Shown: piece by piece, positions 44,701 to 53,575 of the stretch
How positions within the stretch are numbered: the first letter of the stretch is position 1
How the letters are laid out: each line of letters begins with the position of its first letter
NCBI GenBank assembly: GCA_964445915.1
Contig: CAYUNC010000001.1
Span: 1 to 58,107, forward strand
Direction: 5' to 3'
Origin: an uncultured Arcobacter sp.
Lineage (GTDB): Bacteria > Campylobacterota > Campylobacteria > Campylobacterales > Arcobacteraceae
DNA length: 58,107 nucleotides
Notes under the pieces: model-generated
Database searches by the model: none
The model's input: the letters and a program-made list of their open reading frames with translations, nothing else
What the model was told of the DNA's origin: nothing
Made by a program: the position numbers and the translations under genes

Positions 44701-45642
44701 AGATACAGTAGAGCAATTTGTATATCCAGGATCTGAGCAAGAACTAGGGCATACTGAATAGCAATATAAATAATTATAGTCTATAAAGTGTGGTAAAGGT
44801 GGTCCTGTTATATTCTTGTCATGCCATCTTTCATATATGTTTACGCCATTTTTTGTATTAAAAACAATATTTTTAAAATTTACAAAAATGGATGAATAAG
44901 TACCAACTCTTTTTAAGTAATTAATGTGGTTTGCGGTCAAACTTCTTTTTATTATTTCAGGTAACTCATTATCAACAGTCATTTTATAAGTAGAGTCAAT
45001 ATAAGCTAGGTGGTGTTCATTGACTTCATATGGATCAAAAAGGGTAAATACGTTCTTCTGTTGGTTGTATACTTCATTATATACCTTATCAAAAAATACA
45101 CTAAATAATTCTTTCAACCTTGTTGTTCTATTATGTTCTGGTAAACAACTTAAAGCATATTCATCCATTCCTCTGTAACGTACTTTATAAATATTTGATG
45201 AATTTGTAGGATGTATTTCACCAAAGTACAAAAACACCTTCTCCATATTAACAAAATTTTCTACGTTGTGACTGTAATTACCAGCTTCATAATCAGTTTG
45301 TCTGGACTCTAAATAATTATAAAACTCACTGTTTTTCATAAAGTAAGCTTTATCACCATAATCAATAGCAAATCCAGATGTGGACGCTGTCTCACTACTG
45401 GTAACTCTTTCAAAATAAAACCACTCACTGTTATTTCCGTAGTTATACTTAGTAAAAGGTATTACATAGAAACCAGCTGTATTACCATTCTCATCTATAT
45501 CAAATATGGTCATATTAAATACAGACCACCTGTTGGTAACAATACCTGTTGTTTGACCACGTAAGTAATTATCACCTGCTTCAGCATCAATGATAGATAT
45601 AAAATCTTCTATTAAGAACCTAGGTATATCTGAAAACTTCAT
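41752..45642 (-). CDS. Baseplate/fibre protein, paralogue B: shared N-terminal module plus ~20 DUF285/BspA-like repeats
   Basis: The ATG at 45642 overlaps the gp6-like stop (TGATG). Contains 25-aa [16 protein letters not shown] repeats and the C-terminal [10 protein letters not shown] tail. Confidence 0.8.
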   Translation of the reverse strand: MKFSDIPRFLIEDFISIIDAEAGDNYLRGQTTGIVTNRWSVFNMTIFDIDENGNTAGFYVIPFTKYNYGNNSEWFYFERVTSSETASTSGFAIDYGDKAYFMKNSEFYNYLESRQTDYEAGNYSHNVENFVNMEKVFLYFGEIHPTNSSNIYKVRYRGMDEYALSCLPEHNRTTRLKELFSVFFDKVYNEVYNQQKNVFTLFDPYEVNEHHLAYIDSTYKMTVDNELPEIIKRSLTANHINYLKRVGTYSSIFVNFKNIVFNTKNGVNIYERWHDKNITGPPLPHFIDYNYLYCYSVCPSSCSDPGYTNCSTVSIGGFAIPEDGCYIYMQYIPKSTWYIVHGLDTKNPIVQCYDINYNLLVPKSIKNDTLIYVDGDGDSHIYYKVILEFNTTCTGYVFIIKPEVYYISNDYNLLFYHNRNQEAPIIEIQKKILDSTKDVDLYSLEDRYVQTAIVPLSIAPSGSNTAIIECDTNAGNLYTVSTAVSGTYIHEQVDPTDTWSIDHSLNGLCAVNYYTPVNSLSWTIAHNLNTTDLIIQCYDNDYYLLRPKTTTIIDENIVKIDFEYKTKGRALLVVPSPSGEAPVPPIEFIMYIDTTKTFYGSSNSDQFRLPLVDDGTYIMTVDWGDNSTTEFNGYDENKLVHTYDTPGKYVVTLRENLEESGGNGIKGINFERLGESRKLIDILKWGNVILETNNHKKYYFSHCTNLGLDTSGILTATDTPNTSNMTSLYSMFFKCDDLIDIPNINDWDVSNVTNMDYLFDSSKFNGNISSWNTKSLIFAVAVFSLARSFNQDIGSWDVSNVTDMSGMFNEADKFNQDIGSWDVSSVTDMHNMFCGADDFNQDIGSWIVSNVTDMSLMFYDAKSFNQDIGSWDVSKVTDMNNMFCYARLFNQDINNWDVSSVTNMSSMFNHATSFNQNIGSWDVSSVTNMRLMFYYATSFNQDINNWDVSSVTNMSSMFNNARSFNKNIGSWNVSNVIDMDSMFNGAQDFNQDIGSWDVSSVIDMHNMFNGAKNFNQDIGSWDVSSVTDMRYMFQDATAFNQDISSWNVSNVTDMSYMFYNADSFNQDIGIWNVSNVTNMCGMFQYTDLFNKDIGSWNVSKVTNMSCMFRNAVMFNQNIGSWNVSSVTNMNSMFKIASSFNQDISNWDVSSVTNMSYMFESATSFNQDISNWDVSSVTNMSYMFKNASSFNQDISNWDVSSVTNMRCMFEDATSFDQNIGNWNISNVTNMSYMFKNVTLSTANYDALLIGWAAQSVKPNVNFHAGNSKYTPGGAAEAARNTLTGEPNNWTITDGGPA
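41960..43440 (-). repeat. About 20 tandem 75-bp (25-aa) DUF285 coding repeats
   Basis: Periodic [25 protein letters not shown] units. Boundaries approximate. Confidence 0.8.
43919..45642 (-). repeat. 1,724-bp direct repeat, copy B
   Basis: See copy A. Identity ends exactly at the ATG on one side and after codon ~574 (..ALLVVP) on the other. Confidence 0.85.
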
Positions 45643-47369
45643 CAACTCTCAACTTCAATTATACAATCATCAATAGATATATATGGAAATTGATTATAAT
45701 TTATAATAATACTTCTCAATACATTCTCATCCCAGTCTGAATCAGTAGATCTAGCCCATTGTGGATATTTTTCTGATTTATAACTATATGGATCTAACCA
45801 AGAGTTAGAGTTAAAATCCCAAAAATCAATATTTCTTACAATCATAGCAGTTATACCTTTTACATTAGAAAAATTATCAGTGTCTGAAACTTCTGATGCA
45901 TCCTTTATGTAGTTTTCTATCTCATAAAAATTTAATGTTTCACCAAAATCTCTTGAAGATACACTAAAATAATATACTAATTTATTTTTTACATCATTAA
46001 TAACTTTTGCAGATTTATAATTACTCTTGATTTTTAAACCTATATCTATTCTAAAATATATAATTTCTGGTAGAGTATAGACTTCCCATGCACATAACAT
46101 TTTTCTTAATTCTAAATATTCCGCAATTTCTTGTACCCAATCTGGATTATATGCTATAGGCATAACTCTTTCTGTATTAGGATCGGACGCTGATGGTGAA
46201 TAACTGAGAGTATTGCTTCCCCATTCAGTAGGAATTAAACTAACGTAAACTTTATTATAATTGTCAATATCACCAGAAGGAGCAATTTCTTTTTCACCCC
46301 ATACATTAGCTTTAGCTATATCACTTCTTAGTTCTAAATAACTAACATAATCATTTTTAGTAACATTACGGTACTGTGCGTGTAATATTGCTGGTGCATT
46401 ATTTTTAATTTCGGTTATGCTCTCTGGATCCGATCCACCGGTTGCTTCAGTATAATTAGTTATAGTATAATATTCGCTATTTATAGTAATTCCTTTAGTA
46501 TTATTAGTTAACAAATCGTTATCTGGATATATTATAGTATTTTTAGCTACATTACCATTAGAACCTAAACTTTCTACAGCTGTTATTTTTATTGAGTCTG
46601 TGAAAGAAGGTACATTACGTGTATCTGAAAATTCAATTATATATCTTTTATACTTATCATATCTTAAAATATATACATTGTCTTCATCACTTAATCCAGA
46701 TAATTCATCATAAAAATCTGATATTCTAGTCCACTCTTCATCGTTAACTTCTACTTTTAAACTTGGATAATCATCATCAATGTTATCATCATATCCAAAA
46801 TTAATAAATGGCAAAACAATTTTATTATCTATTAAATCACTTCCAGTATATGTATATTCTTTTAATTTTCCTTGTCTAACTGGAATATCTGTTATAGTAA
46901 ATGTACCATAACTATTAACTGTACTGTCTATTGGATTAGTAGTTACAAAAGATATATTTTCATTATTATAGTTTTTTGTTGAAAGTAACTCCTTCCATGG
47001 TTCAACTCTTAAAATATCGTCTATATCAACTTCCCCTGCTGCTGATGCTGCTGATGTTATTAATGATAAAGTTATTGTTGTTCTAGATGACCTGTAACCA
47101 GCTGGATAATAACCAATTAAATTAACCAATCTACTAACAGTTTCATATAAATCAGCAGTATCTATATAACAATTCTTAGCTAATTTATTAATATAATAAG
47201 TACTTAATTCACCTAAATATGCCATCAATTCAATAAGAATTGTTATATTAGCACCTTCATAATTATAATCAGTAAAAACATCACTTTCACTCAGCTGGTC
47301 TATTATTTTCTGTTTTATAGTATTAAAATCAATATTTAAATAATCTGGAACGAGCGTGTTATTGCTCAT
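45642..47369 (-). CDS. Baseplate wedge protein (gp6/Baseplate_J-like)
   Basis: Size and position between the gp25-like gene and the fibre genes. No sharp motif. Confidence 0.55.
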   Translation of the reverse strand: MSNNTLVPDYLNIDFNTIKQKIIDQLSESDVFTDYNYEGANITILIELMAYLGELSTYYINKLAKNCYIDTADLYETVSRLVNLIGYYPAGYRSSRTTITLSLITSAASAAGEVDIDDILRVEPWKELLSTKNYNNENISFVTTNPIDSTVNSYGTFTITDIPVRQGKLKEYTYTGSDLIDNKIVLPFINFGYDDNIDDDYPSLKVEVNDEEWTRISDFYDELSGLSDEDNVYILRYDKYKRYIIEFSDTRNVPSFTDSIKITAVESLGSNGNVAKNTIIYPDNDLLTNNTKGITINSEYYTITNYTEATGGSDPESITEIKNNAPAILHAQYRNVTKNDYVSYLELRSDIAKANVWGEKEIAPSGDIDNYNKVYVSLIPTEWGSNTLSYSPSASDPNTERVMPIAYNPDWVQEIAEYLELRKMLCAWEVYTLPEIIYFRIDIGLKIKSNYKSAKVINDVKNKLVYYFSVSSRDFGETLNFYEIENYIKDASEVSDTDNFSNVKGITAMIVRNIDFWDFNSNSWLDPYSYKSEKYPQWARSTDSDWDENVLRSIIINYNQFPYISIDDCIIEVES

Positions 47370-47379
47370 ATCATTCTCC

Positions 47380-47766
47380 TTATAACTGCTTTAAAATAAA
47401 GTTAACCTCACGAAAACTTTCAGATGAACCAAAACCTTTTATTGTAAAATTACAAGTTACGTCATATCTATTATAATCATGATTCGCAACAACTAACATT
47501 CTATCTATTATTATTCTGTCATCCCATGTTTCAATTGCTGATATTAAATGATGACCAAGTTTTTCAGCTGTTTTGCTATCTATTGGCTCAAAAAGAAGAT
47601 CATAACCATCAAATGCAAAAGTAGGAAGCATTCTTCTACTACCAGGTATAGTTAGTACTATGTTTGTTAAAGAATTAATAATAGCATCAACATCAGTATC
47701 TAACAACACATCACCATCTGATTGTTGTTTCAAATTAATATCTACATCTGCATAAATATTATTCAT
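47380..47766 (-). CDS. Baseplate wedge protein gp25/GPW-like
   Basis: 128 aa, with LTNIVLTIPGSRRMLPTFAF typical of the gp25/W family. Preceded by leader L11. Confidence 0.7.
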   Translation of the reverse strand: MNNIYADVDINLKQQSDGDVLLDTDVDAIINSLTNIVLTIPGSRRMLPTFAFDGYDLLFEPIDSKTAEKLGHHLISAIETWDDRIIIDRMLVVANHDYNRYDVTCNFTIKGFGSSESFREVNFILKQL

Positions 47767-47828
47767 AAATGTGTACGCTGTGAATACTACGATATAAGTA
47801 TCGAAGAAAAAACAGCTTTCCTCCTTTT
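47767..47828 (-). promoter_or_regulatory. Split-SD leader hairpin L11 (gp25-like gene)
   Basis: Reverse complement reads AAAAGGAGGAAAGCTGT...CGATACTTATATCG...ACAGCGTACACATTTATG. Confidence 0.6.
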
Positions 47829-47879
47829 TACCAAAGATATAATTAGTACTGCCAGAGTGGGGTAGTTAACAAATATCTC

Positions 47880-48869
47880 TTATAATCTAGTAAAACATCT
47901 TTTACCTTTAATAGGTCTATAGATATTTTTAAAATCAATACTGTAATCAAAATCATCTTTTTCAAATTCTTTTTGTTCTTTAATTCCCAAGTTATGAACA
48001 ATTAACAATTCTTCATTAACATTAGAACCTTGAATTAATTTTATTCCAGAGGGCGCCCATATTCCAGATCCACCCCAAAAGACAGCTTTACTTATAGGAT
48101 GAATACCAACTGCATTACAAGCAATGATCCATACTTGATTAGTTACACTTCTTGAAGATGCCAACAAATCCCATAAAAAACCATAATATTGATCAGTAGC
48201 TACATTCATACCAGGATAGTCTCTTTCAGCAGTTCCTCGCCATGAAGCAATTTGAATCACTGCATCAACTTTATCAATTAAACTATATTCTTGATACAAT
48301 TGACTAAAACACATATCATAACAACTAGTTGTAGCAAATTTTCCCCATTCTGTTTCAATAATCAATCTGTCATCCTGTCCTGTTTCTGTATAAATCTTTT
48401 CAATACCAGGTAACATTATTTTGTCATATATCATGTTTTCTTTAAAATAATCTACTTTTTTGTTCACTATATAAGTACTGTTCATATATTTCTTATTAGG
48501 ACCTTTTCTAATATTATTAAACAATATAAATTGGAAATTATTGTCTAACATTGATTCTAAATTATTTTTCACCCAATCTTTATGTTCTTCAATAACAGCC
48601 TTATTCATATAAGACCAACACGATTTTTGATCTTCCCAAAAGTAGCCAGCTAAACAAAATTCTGGAAATACAGCCATATTACAGCCTTTATCTTTAAATA
48701 TTTTACAAGCTTTTTCTATTTTAGTTTTATTCTCTTCTATTCCTGGTACTGCAGCGTGAATATTAGCTAATCCCACGGATAAATTTTTTTCATTTTTAGA
48801 ATAAAATCTTTCTAATAAATTAAATCCGTCTGATTTACTTTCTGTTATATATTTTCTAAAATTCATCAA
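47880..48869 (-). CDS. Carbon-nitrogen hydrolase (nitrilase superfamily)
   Basis: Glu context VFPEFCLAGY and Cys context TTSCYDMCF. Confidence 0.65.
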   Translation of the reverse strand: MMNFRKYITESKSDGFNLLERFYSKNEKNLSVGLANIHAAVPGIEENKTKIEKACKIFKDKGCNMAVFPEFCLAGYFWEDQKSCWSYMNKAVIEEHKDWVKNNLESMLDNNFQFILFNNIRKGPNKKYMNSTYIVNKKVDYFKENMIYDKIMLPGIEKIYTETGQDDRLIIETEWGKFATTSCYDMCFSQLYQEYSLIDKVDAVIQIASWRGTAERDYPGMNVATDQYYGFLWDLLASSRSVTNQVWIIACNAVGIHPISKAVFWGGSGIWAPSGIKLIQGSNVNEELLIVHNLGIKEQKEFEKDDFDYSIDFKNIYRPIKGKRCFTRL

Positions 48870-48875
48870 TTTCTC

Positions 48876-49595
48876 CTAATAAAGTTCTTCTGGTACATTA
48901 GAAGCAGAATGTTCAGTAGTTTTCTTAATACTTCTAAATATTTCTAAAAAATCATTTTTTAAATTTTCCATTCTGGTGTTTATATCTAATAAATTAGCTT
49001 TAATAGAATCTCCTATAGATCCCATACCTGATATAGCGTCATCAATAAAACTTTCAATATCATACTCACCTTGATCACCAAGCCCGACATCAGTTAAAAA
49101 ACCATTAACATAATCTATATATTGTTGCATTTCATCTAAACTTAAACATTCTGCATCAGATAAACAACCAAGCTTTTCATCTATTAAACCAATAATATTA
49201 GGTATTTGCAAACCACCAATACCTAAAGTATTACTTAATACTTTAACAGCATCTAAAACATCAATTTGATTAATAATACTTATCAGTGGTTCTAAAACTC
49301 TATCAATTAAATCTTCTAATGAAACAGCAATACCACTAACAGCATCAAAAATTCCATCCAAACAAGAACCAGTAAACTGATGAATTAATGATCTTACTTC
49401 TGTTATTTCACTTAAAACATTTTCAACTTGTTCTTCAACAGCATTTCGAGCGTCATCCAGCGGATCATTAAGTTCATGAATTTTCTCGTTAAATTTATTG
49501 ACAGCATCTAAAATATCATATTTTATTGATTCAAGATATTCCAGCTGATCTCTTAATGCGTCAGTTATACCGTCGCATATTAATGAGTAGCTCAT
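48876..49595 (-). CDS. Hypothetical acidic virion-module protein
   Basis: ORF translationally coupled to its neighbours. Confidence 0.55.
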   Translation of the reverse strand: MSYSLICDGITDALRDQLEYLESIKYDILDAVNKFNEKIHELNDPLDDARNAVEEQVENVLSEITEVRSLIHQFTGSCLDGIFDAVSGIAVSLEDLIDRVLEPLISIINQIDVLDAVKVLSNTLGIGGLQIPNIIGLIDEKLGCLSDAECLSLDEMQQYIDYVNGFLTDVGLGDQGEYDIESFIDDAISGMGSIGDSIKANLLDINTRMENLKNDFLEIFRSIKKTTEHSASNVPEELY

Positions 49596-49948
49596 TTAAA
49601 TACCTCGTATTTTTTACTACATATTTTATACATGCACACTTCATCAAACTTATCAAGAAATTTTTTTATTAATTTACTTTTCATTTTTTCACATTTATAA
49701 TCAACACAAACAATTTTATTATTTTTAATATCTATAAAAGTCGATCCTTTTATCCAGCCATTTTTTACTAAAGATATAGAAGATTTTTCTTTTATTACAT
49801 TGTCATTAATTAAATCTTCTATCATGTTACTATGATTTAATATATAAGGAGTCATATATACTAAATCATTTGGTGATATAAAAAAACTACTTCTAAATGG
49901 TATTTCGCATAAATTAACTATACTGTACTTACTACGATTGAACAACAT
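49592..49948 (-). CDS. Hypothetical protein
   Basis: 4-nt overlap with the downstream gene. Confidence 0.5.
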   Translation of the reverse strand: MLFNRSKYSIVNLCEIPFRSSFFISPNDLVYMTPYILNHSNMIEDLINDNVIKEKSSISLVKNGWIKGSTFIDIKNNKIVCVDYKCEKMKSKLIKKFLDKFDEVCMYKICSKKYEVFK

Positions 49949-50914
49949 TTAGTTTAAAAATATATCACTTCCTTTAATCTTTATAGTACTACCTGCCTTA
50001 ACTGTTCTACTTCCTTTTATATTTATGTTTTCATCTCCACCAACTTTTCGACAGTAATTACTTTCTATCTGATTTGTACTTCTACCACCTATTTTTTCTT
50101 TTTTTTCATTATCTATTGTAGTGGTACTGTTTTCAGCTATATGAGTATACTTGCTTTTCTTTATAATTTCATATTTGTCATTATCATTTCTGATAATCAT
50201 TTTGCCATCTTTACTTATTTCTATATAAGTATTAGACGGATGATATATATGTAATCTTTGTGCTTTTGGCGTTGTATCAAATTCAACTAATATACCACCT
50301 AAAGTAACAACAGTATTATATGGATATTTTTCGTTTGAATCGTAAAAAAATGGTTGTGGTTCACTCCATGTCTCATCATCGTCATTACAGCTAGCAATAC
50401 TAACATCCTCATCTAAATGTTCTTTTTTATATTTTAGAATAGTATTGTTTTTTGCTTCATCATCTTTTTCATTATCATCCGTAAACAACGGATGATGATC
50501 TTGTCTTTTCTCTCTTACAGTTGTTGGATATATACCCTCTGGATCACTAAATCCCTTGTTCTTATCCGGTTTTTCCATTTCAATACCAGGGGATGAAGCA
50601 AAGTATCTTGGTTGTGTTATATTTCCGTTTTCAAAAAATACATACACATGAGATCCTTGAAGTGGTACTGTCCAACTACCGAAACCACTAATATTACCAC
50701 CAAATAATGATAACGCTGGTTCAAACCACGGTAGATTAGATACAGGTATTCCATCTGTTGCATCAGAACTTCTATTTTCAGAATGCAAACCAAATACCCT
50801 TACTTGAACACGACCTCTCTTTTCTGGATCAAATCTATTTTCCACTACACCACGATAGATACCATAAAATTTATCACTTCGTGGAAATATATGAGAAATT
50901 TTAAAATCTTTCAT
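49949..50914 (-). CDS. Baseplate central spike (gp5-like OB-fold, no lysozyme domain)
   Basis: GVVENRFDPEKRGRVQVRVFGLH, PWFEP and GSHVYVFFENGNITQPRYF match the gp5/VgrG OB-fold N-domain. Confidence 0.7.
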   Translation of the reverse strand: MKDFKISHIFPRSDKFYGIYRGVVENRFDPEKRGRVQVRVFGLHSENRSSDATDGIPVSNLPWFEPALSLFGGNISGFGSWTVPLQGSHVYVFFENGNITQPRYFASSPGIEMEKPDKNKGFSDPEGIYPTTVREKRQDHHPLFTDDNEKDDEAKNNTILKYKKEHLDEDVSIASCNDDDETWSEPQPFFYDSNEKYPYNTVVTLGGILVEFDTTPKAQRLHIYHPSNTYIEISKDGKMIIRNDNDKYEIIKKSKYTHIAENSTTTIDNEKKEKIGGRSTNQIESNYCRKVGGDENINIKGSRTVKAGSTIKIKGSDIFLN

Positions 50915-52137
50915 AAGATACCTGATAAATTTTTTAATTTTGGTTTAGATAATTTTATACTATCTATATCTTCATATCCAGTTTTACAACAGACCATCTT
51001 TTGCAAAAAAGTTGGTATAGTTTCATTTGAAAAATGACTGGTTATACCTCTAACCAAATAAAGACCAGACATCATTTTATTAAAAATTTCATCAACAGAT
51101 GACGGCCATTCCACTTCAATAATCATTCCTGGATATCGCTTTTCATTACCAATAACAACCGGCATGAAAGTATTTTGATTAATATAATTTTTAATAAAGT
51201 CATTATAATGAATATTAGCTAGTATAGAAGTATTGGCATCACCCTCTAAAGAATAAGAAGAAGTTATATTGTCTATATCATTTTTAAATAAAGCTCTTCT
51301 ACCTAAAGATGTAAATTTTTGAACACTATCACTATACTTATTTTTGCTAAATACTAATTTTTTAGTATAAGGATCAAAACCCATTCTTGTTGTTCCTGCA
51401 ATATCTCTTAAAGTAGTTCTATCAACACCTGAATGATCCCAACTAATAATTTTATTTGCATAAAAGAGATTTTCACATTCAAATAGATAGTTTTCATTTT
51501 CAGCTTTCTTTTTTCTCAAAAGCGACTCTATTGTGACAAAATTAAATTTTCCTTGCGACGTATACAAGACATATCCGGGTGTTCTAGTTACTTTACTTGA
51601 ACATCTTCTCATAAGCCAAGTTAAAGCTTCACCAGGAGTCCAAAAAGGCATTATAAAATTTTCTAATGTTTCACAGGTTTCTTCAAAATTATCAAATTTA
51701 TCTATTCCAATCATATTTTTAGCTATATCATCAACAATTTCACTGTATTTTTTATTAACCCATGACTTAGAGAATCTTTTCAAGGAAACATTTTCTAAAT
51801 GTTTTTCAGCAAAAATTAAATCTGTAACAAAAATATTTCCAGAATTAACAGTAGATGCAGTATAATTTTTATTTATTTTAACAATATAAAAAGTTCTTTC
51901 AATTATTTCATCATTACCATAAGATATAACTATTTTTTCATCACCTTCTAGTGGACCTAATTCTTTAAGACCGTATTTATCAATTATTGTTAGCCTACCA
52001 ATAGAACCATATAAAAATATATCTTCTAACCACATACATGTCTTTATATCATTAAGATCTATATTGACATCACCTCCTGTTGAAAACTCTATGTACACAC
52101 CAAAATTAATTAACTTAAAAGAATCATTATTTATCAT
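50911..52137 (-). CDS. Baseplate hub protein (gp27-like)
   Basis: About 400 aa, immediately upstream of the spike gene and overlapping it. Confidence 0.5.
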   Translation of the reverse strand: MINNDSFKLINFGVYIEFSTGGDVNIDLNDIKTCMWLEDIFLYGSIGRLTIIDKYGLKELGPLEGDEKIVISYGNDEIIERTFYIVKINKNYTASTVNSGNIFVTDLIFAEKHLENVSLKRFSKSWVNKKYSEIVDDIAKNMIGIDKFDNFEETCETLENFIMPFWTPGEALTWLMRRCSSKVTRTPGYVLYTSQGKFNFVTIESLLRKKKAENENYLFECENLFYANKIISWDHSGVDRTTLRDIAGTTRMGFDPYTKKLVFSKNKYSDSVQKFTSLGRRALFKNDIDNITSSYSLEGDANTSILANIHYNDFIKNYINQNTFMPVVIGNEKRYPGMIIEVEWPSSVDEIFNKMMSGLYLVRGITSHFSNETIPTFLQKMVCCKTGYEDIDSIKLSKPKLKNLSGIL

Positions 52138-52277
52138 TTCTTTAAAAAAAACCTTTGTTTATTCAATTAAAATTTATTTTTAGACCAGATCATATACAAC
52201 CAATTTTGTAGTAACAATAAATTCTTGCTTTTATTAACTATAAATTTTTAGTACAGTCTTATTGAACTAAAAAACTA

Positions 52278-52661
52278 TTATAAATCTTTTAATGAATGCA
52301 TCTCTTTTACAATTTGATAAATATACTTGGGTTTAAGTATTTTTAAAAAATCCCCTGGTGATATTTCTTCAAACGGATTTAAAATATTGTTCATCATTGG
52401 TATTAACCACCACAATTCTGCATTTTTGTAATAATAATATGAAGTGTTGTCATAAAATTCATCATTACTTATATTGTGAGTAATATAAAATAATACAGAA
52501 CTACTAACATCTTTATTTATTTCATATGATTTAAATATATTCAATAACTTAGTACCATCTACAGAATCCTCTAATACATCAAACATATTTAATTGAGAAG
52601 AGTTAGATATTCTATTTCCTGTTGCTTCATAAAAAGATTCATCTGTCTTTTTACAAGTCAT
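52278..52661 (-). CDS. Hypothetical virion-module protein
   Basis: GGAG upstream. Confidence 0.5.
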   Translation of the reverse strand: MTCKKTDESFYEATGNRISNSSQLNMFDVLEDSVDGTKLLNIFKSYEINKDVSSSVLFYITHNISNDEFYDNTSYYYYKNAELWWLIPMMNNILNPFEEISPGDFLKILKPKYIYQIVKEMHSLKDL

Positions 52662-52673
52662 TTTTATCTCCTT

Positions 52674-53450
52674 CTAAAATTTACCATGTACAATTGATGT
52701 TTTTGTATCTGGTTTTATCATTACTCCACCACTTACTTCACGTACATCAACTTTACTGCGACCAGAAAATGTATTTTTAAAAGTTGGTTCTACTGAAGTA
52801 AATTGTAATGTTAATTCGCATTTACTTGGATAACCACTTGTAAATGGTGCATAATAAGTCGGTTGAACAGATGTTAAAGCTGCATTTTCTATGTATATAT
52901 AGTTGGTATTCGGATGTGATCTTACTTTAAAAATGCATGGTGGAATTAAATTAGTTATATCTATTTGATCAGAAGCAAAATCAGGACTACTAAGTTCTAA
53001 AAGCTTCATTATTGGTTCTGTTATTTCATGCTCATTGTCAACTTTATATGAAATATCAAAATTAAAGATATAATTTAATCTTTCTGAATCAACATAAACC
53101 AAAGGAGTGTCTACTCTACCCCAAACAACTTTACCACTTCCTGTTGCTGTAGAATAAAGATCATAAACATTTTGTTTAGCTTTTAAAACTACCCCGGCAA
53201 ATCTACTAATAATAGATTCATATGGTTCCCATGTATGAGACATAGATACAGCAAATGTAACTGGAGCTAAAAATACAAATTCTGATATTAGTGAACTTTT
53301 TTCTACTGGTTTTTTGTTCCTAGAATTAGTCTTTTGACTTGTTAACTTATATGCTTCTATTACAATCCATAAAGCATCAGTAAATTCATTATATGGACTA
53401 AATGATGGTATTTTATAAGATTTTTTAGTTTCTGATGTTATTTCACTCAT
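52674..53450 (-). CDS. Hypothetical virion-module protein
   Basis: Preceded by leader L12, with ATG at 53450. Confidence 0.55.
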   Translation of the reverse strand: MSEITSETKKSYKIPSFSPYNEFTDALWIVIEAYKLTSQKTNSRNKKPVEKSSLISEFVFLAPVTFAVSMSHTWEPYESIISRFAGVVLKAKQNVYDLYSTATGSGKVVWGRVDTPLVYVDSERLNYIFNFDISYKVDNEHEITEPIMKLLELSSPDFASDQIDITNLIPPCIFKVRSHPNTNYIYIENAALTSVQPTYYAPFTSGYPSKCELTLQFTSVEPTFKNTFSGRSKVDVREVSGGVMIKPDTKTSIVHGKF

Positions 53451-53509
53451 CAACGTATATACCGTAAATAATCCAGCAATTAGACCGGAAAAACGGCATT
53501 CCTCCTTCT
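53451..53509 (-). promoter_or_regulatory. Split-SD leader hairpin L12
   Basis: Reverse complement reads GAAGGAGGAATGCCGT...ACGGTATATACGTTGATG. Confidence 0.55.
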
Positions 53510-53575
53510 TTACCAGAAATGTAATCAGTTATTGACAATATATCTATCTTACAGCGTCACAGTGATAGAAATGTT

